A stretch of DNA of 62,859 nucleotides, the filler included. It is 4 parts of 4 records of this genome, joined end to end, with 100 filler letters (N's around TTAATTAATTAA, not from the genome) between each part and the next. Parts side by side here need not be neighbours in the genome. Positions count along the whole stretch, not along the records: positions 1 to 10,422 come from SRR31156797_16038; positions 10,523 to 24,349 come from SRR31156797_16040; 2 more parts are not named here. One strand, written 5' to 3'. The position numbers were made by a program, and so were the translations under genes. The notes beneath the pieces are model-generated. The model was given only the letters and a program-made list of their open reading frames with translations. It was not told where the DNA came from and ran no database searches. Shown here one piece after another: positions 1 through 11,002 of the stretch. Numbering within the stretch: position 1 is the stretch's first letter; each line of letters begins with the position of its first letter.

Positions 1-36
1 TGAGTAATCATACTCGATTTGTGCACTGTTCTGCAT
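1..36 (-). CDS. ccoN: cbb3-type cytochrome c oxidase subunit I, 5' stub running off the window
   Basis: The reverse strand reads AGAGGAAAGTTT-ATG then MQNSAQIEYDYS, matching the xxYDYS/T N-terminus of Campylobacterota CcoN. Only 12 codons are visible and it is not in the ORF track. Confidence 0.6.
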   Translation of the reverse strand, partial: MQNSAQIEYDYS

Positions 37-523
37 AAACTTTCCTCTTTGTAATGTGAATAAAATATAGTTAATTTAGGTAAGCTTTAAAAAAAACTAT
101 ATTTTTAATTTTTTAGTGTTTTTATTAATATACTTTAATGTCTATTTACAAAGGTGCATTAAAATTAAGTATAACCTTATTTTCAAATTTAATTAAAAAT
201 ATAAAATAGACATCAAGATTTATTAACTAAAACTACTATATATTCCAAAGTTACTTATTTATTAGTTATCTTTTCATATTAAAAAAATAGTTTAAAAGAA
301 AAAAAAGTTTCAAAAAAGTTTTTCGGAGTGCCTAAAAAAGCCTAACTTATAATATTTATAAGTTACAAGAATGTAGTATTAAAATTTATTTATATAAATA
401 TTATTTTTTTAAAAAACTTAATAATTGGACATCTAATACACACAGAAAATGCTAAAATAAATCGACTTTTAAACATTTAAAGGCTAAATTTATATATCAT
501 TTTTATTATGTCAAAGGAAAATA

Positions 524-2302
524 ATGAATTTTAAATTGGTATTACTCTCTTTTTTTGTTTTAATTAGTACAACTTTTGCAAAAACTCAATATTTTGCAAC
601 AATTAATGAAATTCCTAAGTATAAAAAAAATTTTAAGCATTTTGATTATGTAAATCCATATGCCAAAAAAGGTGGAAGTTTTAAGGTTTCTACTACTGGA
701 ACATTTGATTCTTTTAATCCTTTTATTTTAAAAGGAAATTCAGCAGTAGGAATAGGAAAGATATATGATACATTGATGACTCCAAGTCTTGATGAAAACT
801 CAGTTTCTTATCCTTTAGTAGCACAATCGCTAGAAATCTCGCCAAATAATGATTGGGTAAAATTTCATATTAATAAAAATGCTAAGTTTCAAGATGGTGT
901 AGAAATAACAGCAGAAGATGTAAAATTTTCTTTTGATATTTTGATGACAAAAGCAAGTCCAGTGTATAAAAGATATTATCAAGATGTTGAATCTGCTAAA
1001 GTAGTAGATAAACATACAATCAAATTTAATTTTAAAGTAAACAATAATAAAGAGTTACCTCTTATTTTGGGACAGATAAATGTATTACCAAAACATTTTT
1101 GGAAAGACAAAGATTTTCTAAAATCAAACTATGTTATTCCAGTTGGTTCTGGACCTTACAAAATAAAAGAGTATAAATTTGGTAAATACATTACATATGA
1201 ATTAGATGATAACTATTGGGCAAAAGATTTAAATGTAAATATTGGACAAAATAACTTCAAAGAGTTAAGATATGATTACTACAAAGATAGAAGTGTTACT
1301 TTAGAATCATTCAAAGCAGGGGAGTTTGACTATATCATGGAAAACTCTGCTAAAAACTGGGCAACTTTATATTCTGGAAAAAACTTTGACAATGAAAAAA
1401 TAGTTAAAAAGAAAATTGCACACGAAAATGTAAATGGTATGCAAGGGTTTGTTTTCAATACTAGAAATGATTTGTTTAAAAGTAGGGAGGTTAGAAAAGC
1501 ACTTAATCTTGCATTTGATTTTGAGTGGACAAACAAAAACCTTTTTTATAACCAATACAAAAGATTAAACTCATACTTTGCAAATAGTGAATTAGCAGCA
1601 AGAGGGAAACCTTCTATTGATGAGTTAAAAATACTTGAGCAGTTTAAAGGGCAAATTCCAGATGAAGTTTTTGGTGAAGCTTTTAAAGCAAATACAACAA
1701 AAGGTGATGGAAATATAAGAAAAGAGTTACGACAAGCAATCAGAATACTAAATAAAGAGGGTTGGAAAAATAAAAATGGTGTTTTAGAAAAAGATGGCAA
1801 AAAATTTAAGTTTGAGATTCTTCTTTCATCTTCATTGATGGAAAAAATTTTAGCTCCTTATATCAAAAATTTAAAGAAAATTGGCGTTGTTGCAAATATC
1901 AGAATTGTAGACCAAGTTTCATATCTAAATAAAATAAGAGCATTTGATTTTGATATGATGGTAAATGTTTTCCCTGTTTCTTCTTCTCCTGGAAATGAGC
2001 AAAGATATTTCTGGGGAAGTGAGTCTTCTAATATAAAAGGAAGTAGAAATTATATAGGGATACAGTCTCCTGTCGTAGATAAAATAATAGATTACATCGT
2101 AAATGCAAATACTAGAAAAGATTTAATAACTGCTGTTAGAGTTCTTGATAGAGTTTTAACTTATAACTATTATGTTGTTCCAAACTTTTATACTCCATAT
2201 TATAGAATTGCTTATTGGAATAAATTTAATATGCCAAAAATCTCTCCAAAACACGATTTAGGTATATTTACTTGGTGGGTAAAAGACGAGTTTATTAACT
2301 AA
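524..2302 (+). CDS. yejA: ABC peptide transporter substrate-binding protein (family 5, YejA-like)
   Basis: Signal peptide, [12 protein letters not shown] and [13 protein letters not shown] motifs, C-terminal WW. First gene of a four-gene ABC operon. Confidence 0.85.
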   Translation: MNFKLVLLSFFVLISTTFAKTQYFATINEIPKYKKNFKHFDYVNPYAKKGGSFKVSTTGTFDSFNPFILKGNSAVGIGKIYDTLMTPSLDENSVSYPLVAQSLEISPNNDWVKFHINKNAKFQDGVEITAEDVKFSFDILMTKASPVYKRYYQDVESAKVVDKHTIKFNFKVNNNKELPLILGQINVLPKHFWKDKDFLKSNYVIPVGSGPYKIKEYKFGKYITYELDDNYWAKDLNVNIGQNNFKELRYDYYKDRSVTLESFKAGEFDYIMENSAKNWATLYSGKNFDNEKIVKKKIAHENVNGMQGFVFNTRNDLFKSREVRKALNLAFDFEWTNKNLFYNQYKRLNSYFANSELAARGKPSIDELKILEQFKGQIPDEVFGEAFKANTTKGDGNIRKELRQAIRILNKEGWKNKNGVLEKDGKKFKFEILLSSSLMEKILAPYIKNLKKIGVVANIRIVDQVSYLNKIRAFDFDMMVNVFPVSSSPGNEQRYFWGSESSNIKGSRNYIGIQSPVVDKIIDYIVNANTRKDLITAVRVLDRVLTYNYYVVPNFYTPYYRIAYWNKFNMPKISPKHDLGIFTWWVKDEFIN

Positions 2303-3393
2303 TGACAAATTATATTTTTAGACGATTGTTGTTGATGATACCAACTTTACTTGGGATTATGACAATCAATTTTTTTATTGTTCAAACTAGTCCTGGAGGA
2401 CCAGTTGAGCAAATGGTTTTACAATTAAGTGGACATAATGATTCAAGTTTAGCAAGGGTTACTGGTGAAAACAAAAAAGACACTATTAATTCAAGCTCTT
2501 CAGGAGAAACAAGTAGTGTTTATCAAGGAGCTAATGGTTTAGACCCTATGTTAGTAGAAGAGATAAAGAAGATTTATGGTTTTGATAAACCTCTATGGGA
2601 ACGATATATTCTTATGTTAAAAAACTATGCTACTTTTGATTTTGGTGAAAGTTTTTTTAAAAATGCAACAGTTCTGGAACTTTTGAAAGAAAAGCTTCCT
2701 GTTTCAATATCTTTGGGAGTTTGGTCAACTTTGATAATTTATCTAATATCAATCCCTTTAGGTATTAGAAAAGCACTTAAGCACGGAAGTAAGTTTGATA
2801 TATACTCATCAACTGTTGTAATTATTGGAAATGCAATTCCAGGTTTTTTATTTGCAATTCTTTTAATTGTACTTTTTGCAGGTGGAAACTATTTTGATAT
2901 TTTTCCTTTAAGGGGATTGGTTAGTGATAATTTTGAAGAGTTAACTCTTTTGGGGAAAATCAAAGATTATTTTTGGCATTTAACTTTACCTTTGACTGCT
3001 TTAGTTATTGGTGGGTTTGCAACATTAACTATGCTTACTAAAAACTCTTTTTTAGATGAGATTTCAAAACAATATGTTGTAACAGCAAGAGCTAAAGGTT
3101 TAACAGAAAACAAAATACTTTATAAACATGTTTTTAGAAATGCAATGTTGATTATAGTTTCTGGTTTTCCTGCTGCATTTATAAGTATGTTTTTTACAGG
3201 TTCACTTTTGATTGAAGTTATATTTTCTTTAGATGGAATAGGGCTTTTAGGATTTGAAGCAACAATGTATAGGGATTATCCTGTTATGTTTGGTACTTTG
3301 TATATTTTTACTCTTTTAGGTTTACTTGTTTCTTTGATTTCAGATTTAGTATACACTTGGGTTGACCCAAGAATAAACTTTGAGAAGGTTTAG
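2302..3393 (+). CDS. yejB: ABC peptide transporter permease (YejB-like)
   Basis: [13 protein letters not shown] start, PGGPVEQ, EAA-like TARAKGL loop, VDPRI end. Confidence 0.85.
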   Translation: MTNYIFRRLLLMIPTLLGIMTINFFIVQTSPGGPVEQMVLQLSGHNDSSLARVTGENKKDTINSSSSGETSSVYQGANGLDPMLVEEIKKIYGFDKPLWERYILMLKNYATFDFGESFFKNATVLELLKEKLPVSISLGVWSTLIIYLISIPLGIRKALKHGSKFDIYSSTVVIIGNAIPGFLFAILLIVLFAGGNYFDIFPLRGLVSDNFEELTLLGKIKDYFWHLTLPLTALVIGGFATLTMLTKNSFLDEISKQYVVTARAKGLTENKILYKHVFRNAMLIIVSGFPAAFISMFFTGSLLIEVIFSLDGIGLLGFEATMYRDYPVMFGTLYIFTLLGLLVSLISDLVYTWVDPRINFEKV

Positions 3394-3394
3394 T

Positions 3395-4426
3395 ATGCAA
3401 AAAAGTTTAGAAACAATTATCAAAAAAAGAGTTGCAGTTTTTAAAGGAAACAAAAGGGGATATTACTCTTTGATAATCTTTTCATTTCTTTTTATCTTTA
3501 CACTTCTTGCAGAGTTTATAGCAAACGATAAACCTCTATTGGTTTCATATAAAAATCAGTTTTATTATCCTATTTTTAAAGTGTATACAGAAAAAGAGTT
3601 TGGGGGAGATTTTTTAAGTGAAGCAGATTATAAAGACCCTTATGTAAAAGACTTAATAAATGAAAATGGATATATGGTTTGGCCATTAATTAGATATTCT
3701 TACGATACTATAAAACTTGACTCAGAGGTTTCTTTTCCTAGTGCTCCTAGTTCTGAAAATCTTTTAGGAACAGATGACCAAGGTAGAGATGTTTTAGCAA
3801 GGGTGATTTATGGTTTTAGAATATCTATTTTGTTTGGGCTTACTTTAACATTTTTCTCTTCACTTATAGGAGTTTTTGTAGGTTCTATTCAAGGATATTA
3901 TGGAGGAAAAGTTGATTTATTTGGTCAAAGGTTTATAGAGATTTGGAGTGGTTTACCCACACTATATCTACTAATAATATTGGCAAATTATGTTCAACCT
4001 ACCTTTTGGTGGCTCTTAGGTCTTTTACTTTTATTTTCATGGACAGCACTTGTTGGAGTTGTAAGAGCAGAATTTTTAAGAACAAGAAATTTTGAATATG
4101 TAAAAGCTGCAAGAGCTTTAGGACAAACTGATTTCAAAATCATGTATAAACACATTTTGCCAAATGCTTTAATCTCAACAGTAACTTTTATGCCTTTTAT
4201 TTTAAGTGGAAGTATTACAACTTTGACTTCACTTGATTTCTTAGGTTTTGGGCTGCCTGCTGGAAGTCCAAGTTTAGGAGAACTTTTAGCACAAGGAAAA
4301 GATAATCTTCAAGCTCCTTGGTTAGGCTTGACCTCTTTTGTTACCTTGTCTTTACTTTTAACTCTATTGATTTTTATTGGTGAAGCATTTAGAGATGCAA
4401 TGGACCCAAAGGTTGTTCAAAAATGA
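3395..4426 (+). CDS. yejE: ABC peptide transporter permease (YejE-like)
   Basis: ANDKPL, LGTDDQGRDVLAR and YVKAARALG motifs. ATG at 3395 is preferred over the track's TTG at 3380. Confidence 0.85.
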   Translation: MQKSLETIIKKRVAVFKGNKRGYYSLIIFSFLFIFTLLAEFIANDKPLLVSYKNQFYYPIFKVYTEKEFGGDFLSEADYKDPYVKDLINENGYMVWPLIRYSYDTIKLDSEVSFPSAPSSENLLGTDDQGRDVLARVIYGFRISILFGLTLTFFSSLIGVFVGSIQGYYGGKVDLFGQRFIEIWSGLPTLYLLIILANYVQPTFWWLLGLLLLFSWTALVGVVRAEFLRTRNFEYVKAARALGQTDFKIMYKHILPNALISTVTFMPFILSGSITTLTSLDFLGFGLPAGSPSLGELLAQGKDNLQAPWLGLTSFVTLSLLLTLLIFIGEAFRDAMDPKVVQK

Positions 4427-6003
4427 ATGAAATATTAAATATAAAAAATCTAAATATAGATATCGACTCAAAATCTATTGTAAAAAACTTAAATTTACTA
4501 ATAAATAAATCTCAAACTGTAGCTTTAGTTGGAGAGAGTGGAAGTGGAAAATCTTTGAGTGCTCATACTATTTTAAAACTACTTCCCAAAAACACAAATT
4601 TTAGTGTTTTGGGTGAAGTTTTATTTGAAAACAATGATATTTTAAAATATTCAGATAATCAATTTCTCTCTTTACGAGGAAATCATATCTCAATGATTTT
4701 TCAAGAACCAATGACAGCACTAAATCCTTTACATACTGTTTTTAATCAAATAGCAGAAATCATAACTATACATAATATTGTTTCAAAAAAACAAGTAGAA
4801 GAGAAGGTTTATAAACTATTAGAAAAAGTGGAACTTCATAAATATGGAAACCTAGAAAAGATAGCAAATTCTTATCCTCACGAATTAAGTGGTGGTCAAA
4901 GACAAAGAGTGATGATAGCAATGGCGATTGCAAATGAACCAAAACTTTTGATTGCAGATGAACCAACAACTGCTCTTGATGTAACAGTTCAATACCAAAT
5001 CTTGAAGCTTCTAAAAAGTTTACAAGATGAGTATAAAATGTCAATTCTTTTAATAACTCATGATTTAGCAGTTGTAAGAAAGTTTTCTGATTTTATTTAT
5101 GTTATAAAAGATGGTGAAATAGTAGAAAAAAATGAAACAGCAAAACTATTTGAATCCCCGAAAAATGAATACACCAAAAATCTGTTGTCAAATGATATTT
5201 CAGAAAATGAGTTTAATAAAAAAGACAAAATAAAAATTCTAGAGATTGAGAATCTTACAGTAAACTTCCCTATAAAAAAAGGTTTCTTTAAAAGAACTGT
5301 TGATAATTTTGTAGCCGTGGATAATATCTCTTTTAGTCTTTATGAAGGGGAGAGTTTTGGGATTATTGGTGAGAGTGGAAGTGGAAAATCTACTTTAAGT
5401 CAAGCAATATTAAGACTACAAGATTCAAAAGGTAAAATCAATTTTCTAAACAAAGATATTAAAACTTTAAAAAATAAACATCTACAAAAATTTAGGTCAA
5501 ATATGCAGATTGTATTTCAAGACCCATTTAATAGTTTAAACCCAAGAATGAGCATCTTTTCAATCATAAGTGAAGGTTTGGATATACATACAAATTATTC
5601 AAAAGATGAAAAAGAAAAAATTGTATTAGATATCTTAAAAACTGTCGAGATGCCTGAAGACTCTATTTATAGATTTCCCCACGAGTTTAGTGGTGGGCAA
5701 AGACAAAGAATAGCAGTAGCCAGAGCTTTAGTATTAAAACCAAAATTATTGATTTTGGATGAACCCACATCTGCTTTGGATAGACAAATTCAATTTTCAT
5801 TATTAAGGCTTTTAAAAAAGATTCAAAAAGAATTTTCTTTAACATATATTTTTATTTCACACGATTTAGAAGTTATACAAGCAATTTGTAACAGTGTAGC
5901 AGTTATGAAAGAGGGAAAAATTGTAGAACAAAATGATACAAAAGAGCTTTTCTCAAATCCTAAAAACCCCTACACAAAAAATCTAATAGAGGTTTTTAAG
6001 TAG
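4423..6003 (+). CDS. yejF: ABC transporter ATP-binding protein with two ATPase domains (YejF-like)
   Basis: Two GESGSGKS Walker A motifs, two SGGQRQR signatures, DEPT Walker B motifs. Confidence 0.88.
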   Translation: MNEILNIKNLNIDIDSKSIVKNLNLLINKSQTVALVGESGSGKSLSAHTILKLLPKNTNFSVLGEVLFENNDILKYSDNQFLSLRGNHISMIFQEPMTALNPLHTVFNQIAEIITIHNIVSKKQVEEKVYKLLEKVELHKYGNLEKIANSYPHELSGGQRQRVMIAMAIANEPKLLIADEPTTALDVTVQYQILKLLKSLQDEYKMSILLITHDLAVVRKFSDFIYVIKDGEIVEKNETAKLFESPKNEYTKNLLSNDISENEFNKKDKIKILEIENLTVNFPIKKGFFKRTVDNFVAVDNISFSLYEGESFGIIGESGSGKSTLSQAILRLQDSKGKINFLNKDIKTLKNKHLQKFRSNMQIVFQDPFNSLNPRMSIFSIISEGLDIHTNYSKDEKEKIVLDILKTVEMPEDSIYRFPHEFSGGQRQRIAVARALVLKPKLLILDEPTSALDRQIQFSLLRLLKKIQKEFSLTYIFISHDLEVIQAICNSVAVMKEGKIVEQNDTKELFSNPKNPYTKNLIEVFK

Positions 6004-6005
6004 TT

Positions 6006-6998
6006 TTATCTAGATAAAGAGATACCAAAACTAATTCTATTTACCTCTTCATCATAATCAATTAAACTATCTCCATATCCACTTGATAATTGAAGAAACC
6101 CAAAAGTACTTTTAGACCCAAACATTGGAAATGTCCAGTCAAGTTGTGCAAAACCTTTGTTGTCATCACTCATTCTAAGGTTATTTCTAAGTAATAGTTT
6201 AAATGTGTGATCTTTATATGGATACATCAATGTTAAGTCTCCATAACCTAAATATTTTTGAATATCTGGATTATCATCTTCACTTTCACTTTCTGGAAGT
6301 CTATACCAAACTCTAGGTGCAATAAAAAGGTTTCCAGCTTGGAAATAACTTGTCAAATATAATCTGTTCCAAGACCTAGATTTGTCCTCTCCTTGTCCAT
6401 TTGATTCATGTAATAAACCAAATTTAAACCCTTTTAGAGCTGTTTTATTTTTCTTACCATAAGGGATTTCAATAAATACTTCAGGCTTATAGTTTGTTTC
6501 CCTAAAAGGAGACGAATCATCATAAAGTTGCCACCATGATGTTTGTGTATATCCAAAGTTTATTGTTTCATTCATATGAAAAAGGTTTGAAACTATAGGC
6601 TTTTTAACACTTAGTTGAAATTTAACTTCTGTTTGTTTTCTACCATCTTCTCTTTTTTTGCTATCATAAGAAAAAGGCATCAAATAATTATCTTGATAAG
6701 GATATAAATCAAAAGAACTAGCTAACATCTGCACAACAGTTTGTTTTGTCTCTTTATCGTCAAAGTCATCTAGGGTTTCATCTGCAATCTTTTCTGCTAT
6801 CTCTTTGTTTTCATCAAAATAGATTTTTTTATTTTCATTTTTCTTAAGAGCAATATCTTTATATATTTGCATCGCTTCTTTAAACATACCATTTTTCTCA
6901 AACTCATCTGCTTTTTTTAATAGTTCTTCTTGTGATTGGTTGGCAAATAAAGTGTTAAAAAAAATTATTGTTACTATAAAAAAGATTTTAATTCTCAT
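6006..6998 (-). CDS. pldA: outer membrane phospholipase A
   Basis: KFQLSVK, YTQTSWWQ, FRETNYKPE, catalytic HESNG, SRSWNR and GYGDSLIDY motifs. Confidence 0.9.
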   Translation of the reverse strand: MRIKIFFIVTIIFFNTLFANQSQEELLKKADEFEKNGMFKEAMQIYKDIALKKNENKKIYFDENKEIAEKIADETLDDFDDKETKQTVVQMLASSFDLYPYQDNYLMPFSYDSKKREDGRKQTEVKFQLSVKKPIVSNLFHMNETINFGYTQTSWWQLYDDSSPFRETNYKPEVFIEIPYGKKNKTALKGFKFGLLHESNGQGEDKSRSWNRLYLTSYFQAGNLFIAPRVWYRLPESESEDDNPDIQKYLGYGDLTLMYPYKDHTFKLLLRNNLRMSDDNKGFAQLDWTFPMFGSKSTFGFLQLSSGYGDSLIDYDEEVNRISFGISLSR

Positions 6999-7059
6999 AA
7001 TTTTTCCTAATAAGTTTGATTAATAGTATCATAAAAAGGAAAATAAAACTATAAAATAG

Positions 7060-7065
7060 TATAAT
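7060..7065 (+). promoter_or_regulatory. candidate sigma-70 -10 box for the rpe operon
   Basis: TATAAT about 30 nt upstream of the rpe ATG. The AT-rich background makes chance matches common. Confidence 0.35.
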
Positions 7066-7094
7066 CCCGCTAACTTTAAACAAAAAGGTTTTTA

Positions 7095-7736
7095 ATGCAA
7101 GTAGCACCTTCGATATTATCGGCAGATTTTGGTATATTAAATGAAGAGATTAAAGCAATTTGTGACGGTGGATGTGACTTAATCCATGTTGATGTTATGG
7201 ATGGACACTTCGTTCCAAATATGACATTAGGTCCAGTTGTTGTAAATCCAGTTGCAAAAGTAGCAACAAAACCACTTGATGTTCATTTAATGGTAGAAAA
7301 CAATACATTTTTTGTAGAGCTTTTTGCTCCAATGAAACCAGAGTATATCTCTTTTCATATTGAGAGTGAAAAACATCCACATAGACTAATTCAAAAAATT
7401 AGAAGCTATGGAATCAAACCTGCGATTGTTCTAAATCCCCATACTCCACCTGAAGCTATTGAGTATTTATTAGAAGATTTAGATATGGTTCTTTTAATGT
7501 CAGTAAACCCAGGATTTGGTGGACAAAAATTTATCTCTACAGTTATAGAAAAAGCTAAAAAATTAAAAGAGTTAATAAACAAAAGAAATAAAGCCTGTTT
7601 AATTCAAGTAGATGGTGGAGTAAATGATAAAAATATCCATGATTTAAAAGATGCAGGTGTTGATGTAGTAGTTGCTGGGTCTTATGTATTTGGAAGCGAG
7701 GACTACTCAAAAGCTATTAAATCACTTCAGGTATAA
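7095..7736 (+). CDS. rpe: ribulose-phosphate 3-epimerase
   Basis: APSILSADF, HVDVMDGHFVPN, MSVNPGFGGQ and VDGG motifs. Confidence 0.95.
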   Translation: MQVAPSILSADFGILNEEIKAICDGGCDLIHVDVMDGHFVPNMTLGPVVVNPVAKVATKPLDVHLMVENNTFFVELFAPMKPEYISFHIESEKHPHRLIQKIRSYGIKPAIVLNPHTPPEAIEYLLEDLDMVLLMSVNPGFGGQKFISTVIEKAKKLKELINKRNKACLIQVDGGVNDKNIHDLKDAGVDVVVAGSYVFGSEDYSKAIKSLQV

Positions 7737-7737
7737 T

Positions 7738-8328
7738 ATGCGAATAAAAATATGTGGAATAACAAACCTAGAAGATGCAAAAGCAGCAGTTGAAGCTGGT
7801 GCTGATGCATTGGGGTTTGTATTTTATGAGAAAAGTCCAAGATATATAGAACCAAAAGAAGCAAAAAAAATTGTAGATTCTTTAGCTCCTTTTGTTCAAA
7901 CTGTTGGGCTTTTTGTAAATGAAACATCAGATTTTATAAATCAAGTTTGTTTTGAATCCTCAATGCAATTAGCACAAGTAATTGATGATGAATCTAATAC
8001 AAATTTTGATGAACTAAATTATAAATATATAAAAGTAATAAGAGCAAAATTTTTAGAAAATATACCAACAAATACAGATGAGTATTTTTTAATTGATGCA
8101 TTTGTTGACGGATTTGGTGGAGCTGGTAAAAGAGTTGCTTTAGAATGGTTTGAGAATATTGATTGTTCTAAGTTTATTCTTGCTGGTGGTTTAAGCCAAG
8201 AAAATCTTCATGAGTTAAAAGGTTTTGGATTTTATGGAGTTGATGTGAGTTCTGCAGTTGAGATTGAGAAAGGAAAAAAGGATAAACAAAAAATGTTTAA
8301 CTTTGTCAAAGCTGCAAATGAAATATAA
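7738..8328 (+). CDS. trpF: phosphoribosylanthranilate isomerase
   Basis: KICGIT, GFVFYEKSPR, ILAGGL and GVDVSSAVE motifs. The real start is likely the ATG at 7738. Confidence 0.92.
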   Translation: MRIKICGITNLEDAKAAVEAGADALGFVFYEKSPRYIEPKEAKKIVDSLAPFVQTVGLFVNETSDFINQVCFESSMQLAQVIDDESNTNFDELNYKYIKVIRAKFLENIPTNTDEYFLIDAFVDGFGGAGKRVALEWFENIDCSKFILAGGLSQENLHELKGFGFYGVDVSSAVEIEKGKKDKQKMFNFVKAANEI

Positions 8329-9166
8329 TAAACAATCAACTTTTTATACAAGACTAACTGAAAAATTAAAAAAAACTGATATTGCTTTTGATGAGTTTTT
8401 GTTAGAGATATCAAAAAATCATAATAGATTTTTTGATTCTCCTGAACTTGAATTTGAACTATTAATAACAAATGGAATGCCTCTTGATATAAAAGGTGAT
8501 AATGTATTTTTAAAAACAAAATATACATCTTTAGATGAGCAGACATTTTGTATCGTTGATATAGAAACAAACGGTTCAAATGTAAATAAAGGGCATCAGA
8601 TTATAGAGCTTGGTGCAGTTAAATATAAAGCAGGAAAAATAATAGATAAATTTGAATCTTTAGTTTATGCAAAGCATATTCCTGAAAATATCCAAGAGAT
8701 TACAAATATAACTCCGAGTATGTTAGTAGATGCTCCAACTTTAGAAAAAGTGTTAGAAAAATTTAAGTTGTTTTTAGAAGATGATGTTTTTGTTGCACAC
8801 GATATTAAATTTGATTATAATTTTATCTCTAATTCATTTAATAAATATGATTTAGGAAATCTTGAAAATAGAAAACTTTGTACTATTGATTTAGCAAGAA
8901 GAACTATAAAAGCTGAAAGATATGGATTAAGTTATCTAAAAGAGTTATTAGATATAAATGTTGAAAATCATCATAGAGCATATAGTGATGCTTTAAGTAC
9001 AACATATATATTAGAAGAGTCTTTTAAATCTTTAAATGATAATGTAAAGACTACAGAAGATTTAATAGATTTTTCAAAAAATGCAAAACCTGTTATGCCT
9101 AAGATTGAAGTAAATAGAGGCAATAGAAAGAAAATAGAAAAAGAAAAAAAAGAGGAGACAAAATAA
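8318..9166 (+). CDS. DEDDh 3'-5' exonuclease (DnaQ/epsilon-like)
   Basis: VDIETNG, VAHDIKFD and HHRAYSDA motifs. The ATG at 8318 overlaps the trpF end. Confidence 0.85.
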   Translation: MKYNKQSTFYTRLTEKLKKTDIAFDEFLLEISKNHNRFFDSPELEFELLITNGMPLDIKGDNVFLKTKYTSLDEQTFCIVDIETNGSNVNKGHQIIELGAVKYKAGKIIDKFESLVYAKHIPENIQEITNITPSMLVDAPTLEKVLEKFKLFLEDDVFVAHDIKFDYNFISNSFNKYDLGNLENRKLCTIDLARRTIKAERYGLSYLKELLDINVENHHRAYSDALSTTYILEESFKSLNDNVKTTEDLIDFSKNAKPVMPKIEVNRGNRKKIEKEKKEETK

Positions 9167-9708
9167 TGTTTTCACAAGAAAAATATTTAAAAGCATTAAA
9201 TTATGCTGCAAAAGTTCATGCTGATCAAAAAACACCAAATGGAACTCCTTATATTACCCATTTAAGTTCAGTTGCAATGGAAGTTATCCATGCATGTGAA
9301 CAATCATCTTTAGAAGAAGAGAAAAGTAATCTTGCAATAACTGTTGCACTTTTACATGATACTATTGAAGACACAGATGTAACTTATGATGATTTGTATA
9401 ATGAGTTTGGTGGAGATGTTGCAGAGGGTGTTGAAGCTTTAACAAAAAATAAAGAACTTACTTCTAAAAAAGAGCAAATGTCTGATAGTATGAATAGATT
9501 ACTTACTCAAGGTTATGAAGTTCAAATGGTAAAACTAGCTGATAGAATTACAAATCTACAAAAGCCACCTGCACATTGGGATAGTTTGAAGATTTTAAAT
9601 TATCACAAAGAAGCAAAGTTTATATTATCTTGTTTGAAAAATTGTAATATTTATTTATCTAAAAGATTAGAAGAAAAAATCAATAATTATATAGTTTATA
9701 TAAAATAA
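9166..9708 (+). CDS. stand-alone HD-domain protein, Mesh1/SpoT-hydrolase-like (small alarmone hydrolase family)
   Basis: PYITHL, LLHDTIEDT and VKLADRITN motifs of the (p)ppGpp hydrolase fold, with no synthetase domain. Confidence 0.75.
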   Translation: MFSQEKYLKALNYAAKVHADQKTPNGTPYITHLSSVAMEVIHACEQSSLEEEKSNLAITVALLHDTIEDTDVTYDDLYNEFGGDVAEGVEALTKNKELTSKKEQMSDSMNRLLTQGYEVQMVKLADRITNLQKPPAHWDSLKILNYHKEAKFILSCLKNCNIYLSKRLEEKINNYIVYIK

Positions 9709-9711
9709 AAA

Positions 9712-10422
9712 TCAATCATATTTCTGAGAAGGAATATTGATTGTAAAACTTGCACCTTTTGCTTTTATGCCTTTATATTCAAACTCTGTATTTGATGCTT
9801 TAATTGTACCTTTCATGTGGTCTTCTATCATCTCTTTTGACATATATAAACCAATTCCTGTACCTTTTTCACCTTTGGTTGTGTAGTAAGCTTTAAATAT
9901 ATTTTCAACTTGTATATCTTTAAATCCTCCAGCATTATCGTAAATATTTATAGTTACACATTTGTATTTACAAACTTCATCTTTTACAAGATGTTCACAA
10001 TTACTAAGCTCTTTTGTTTCTATTACAATCACTTTGTCTTTGATATTTGTTTTTTCAAACTCATCAATAGAGTTATTTAAAATATTCATCAATACTTGAA
10101 TAAACTCATTTTCAAAACCATAAGCATCAGTACTATTTATCTCTTTTTTTATCTCAATAAGATAGTTTTTTAGTTTTGATTCTACAAGCATAATTGCTTT
10201 ATCTACAACTTTTGAAAGATTAAAATATCTTACTCTTCTATCTGGTCTAAAGTAATCTCTAAAGTCATTTATAGTTTGATTAAGATGCTCAACAGAATGA
10301 GTAATATTTTCAATTGATTCTAAAAGGAAAGTATCATTTAACTGGTTATACTCTTTTTTTAATTTTAAACCACTAGCCGTACTTAGTATCAAAGATAAAG
10401 GTTGTCTCCATTGATGTGCAAT
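9712..10422 (-). CDS. sensor histidine kinase, C-terminal part (5' end lost at contig edge)
   Basis: The frame is open to the gap and reads IAHQWRQPL (H-box typical of Campylobacterota), NILNNSID, DNAGG and GTGIGL. Confidence 0.88.
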   Translation of the reverse strand: MAHQWRQPLSLILSTASGLKLKKEYNQLNDTFLLESIENITHSVEHLNQTINDFRDYFRPDRRVRYFNLSKVVDKAIMLVESKLKNYLIEIKKEINSTDAYGFENEFIQVLMNILNNSIDEFEKTNIKDKVIVIETKELSNCEHLVKDEVCKYKCVTINIYDNAGGFKDIQVENIFKAYYTTKGEKGTGIGLYMSKEMIEDHMKGTIKASNTEFEYKGIKAKGASFTINIPSQKYD

Positions 10423-10522
10423 NNNNNNNNNNNNNNNNNNNNNNNNNNNNNNNNNNNNNNNNNNNNTTAATTAATTAANNNNNNNNNNNNNNNNNNNNNN
10501 NNNNNNNNNNNNNNNNNNNNNN
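10423..10522. other. artificial contig spacer
   Basis: N44-TTAATTAATTAA-N44, giving stops in all six frames. Base composition changes across it. Confidence 0.97.
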
Positions 10523-10882
10523 TGTAAGGCATGTCTTAAAAGAGCCGCACCCTTCTGTAATACCGGCTTTTTTGGCATACTTCACAATTTTAATGATGTC
10601 CGAATTGAGTAGGGGTTCTCCAATCCCTGATATGTGAAGTGCTTTAATTTTTTTTCCATGCCTTTTGAGCTGGAGAACAACTTCTTGTGCAACCTGAAAG
10701 TCCATATCTTCAGCTAAAAGTTTAGGGGATGTGGAAGAGTGTATATCGCAAAAAATACACCTGCTGTTACACTTTGTTGTCAGATGCATCGTTACGGAAT
10801 AGGGAATATCTAAAGGGACAACACCTGATAGTTTTTTCCGTTCATTTAGAATAGGTGATTTTTTACTCTTATTTAACGCCAT
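10523..10882 (-). CDS. radical SAM protein, N-terminal part (truncated or interrupted)
   Basis: CNSRCIFC and GIGEPLL motifs. Similar N-terminus to the 12272-13303 protein. Confidence 0.75.
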
Positions 10883-11002
10883 TTCTGCCTCATTTTATGT
10901 CCGTTAGATGTATATAATATTAAATTGAGCCGATTGTTTAAAACCGTGTAACACAATACAGTACAGTTTTTATGACGAAAATTCTTTAAACATATTATTT
11001 TT

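Noticed and set aside
37-523. Long AT-rich spacer as a possible ncRNA or replication origin
   Set aside because: No convincing stems or DnaA-box cluster were seen. A divergent ccoN/yejA promoter region explains it.
10467-10478. Repeated palindrome TTAATTAATTAA as a biological repeat
   Set aside because: It is always centred in N-runs, so it is an assembly linker.
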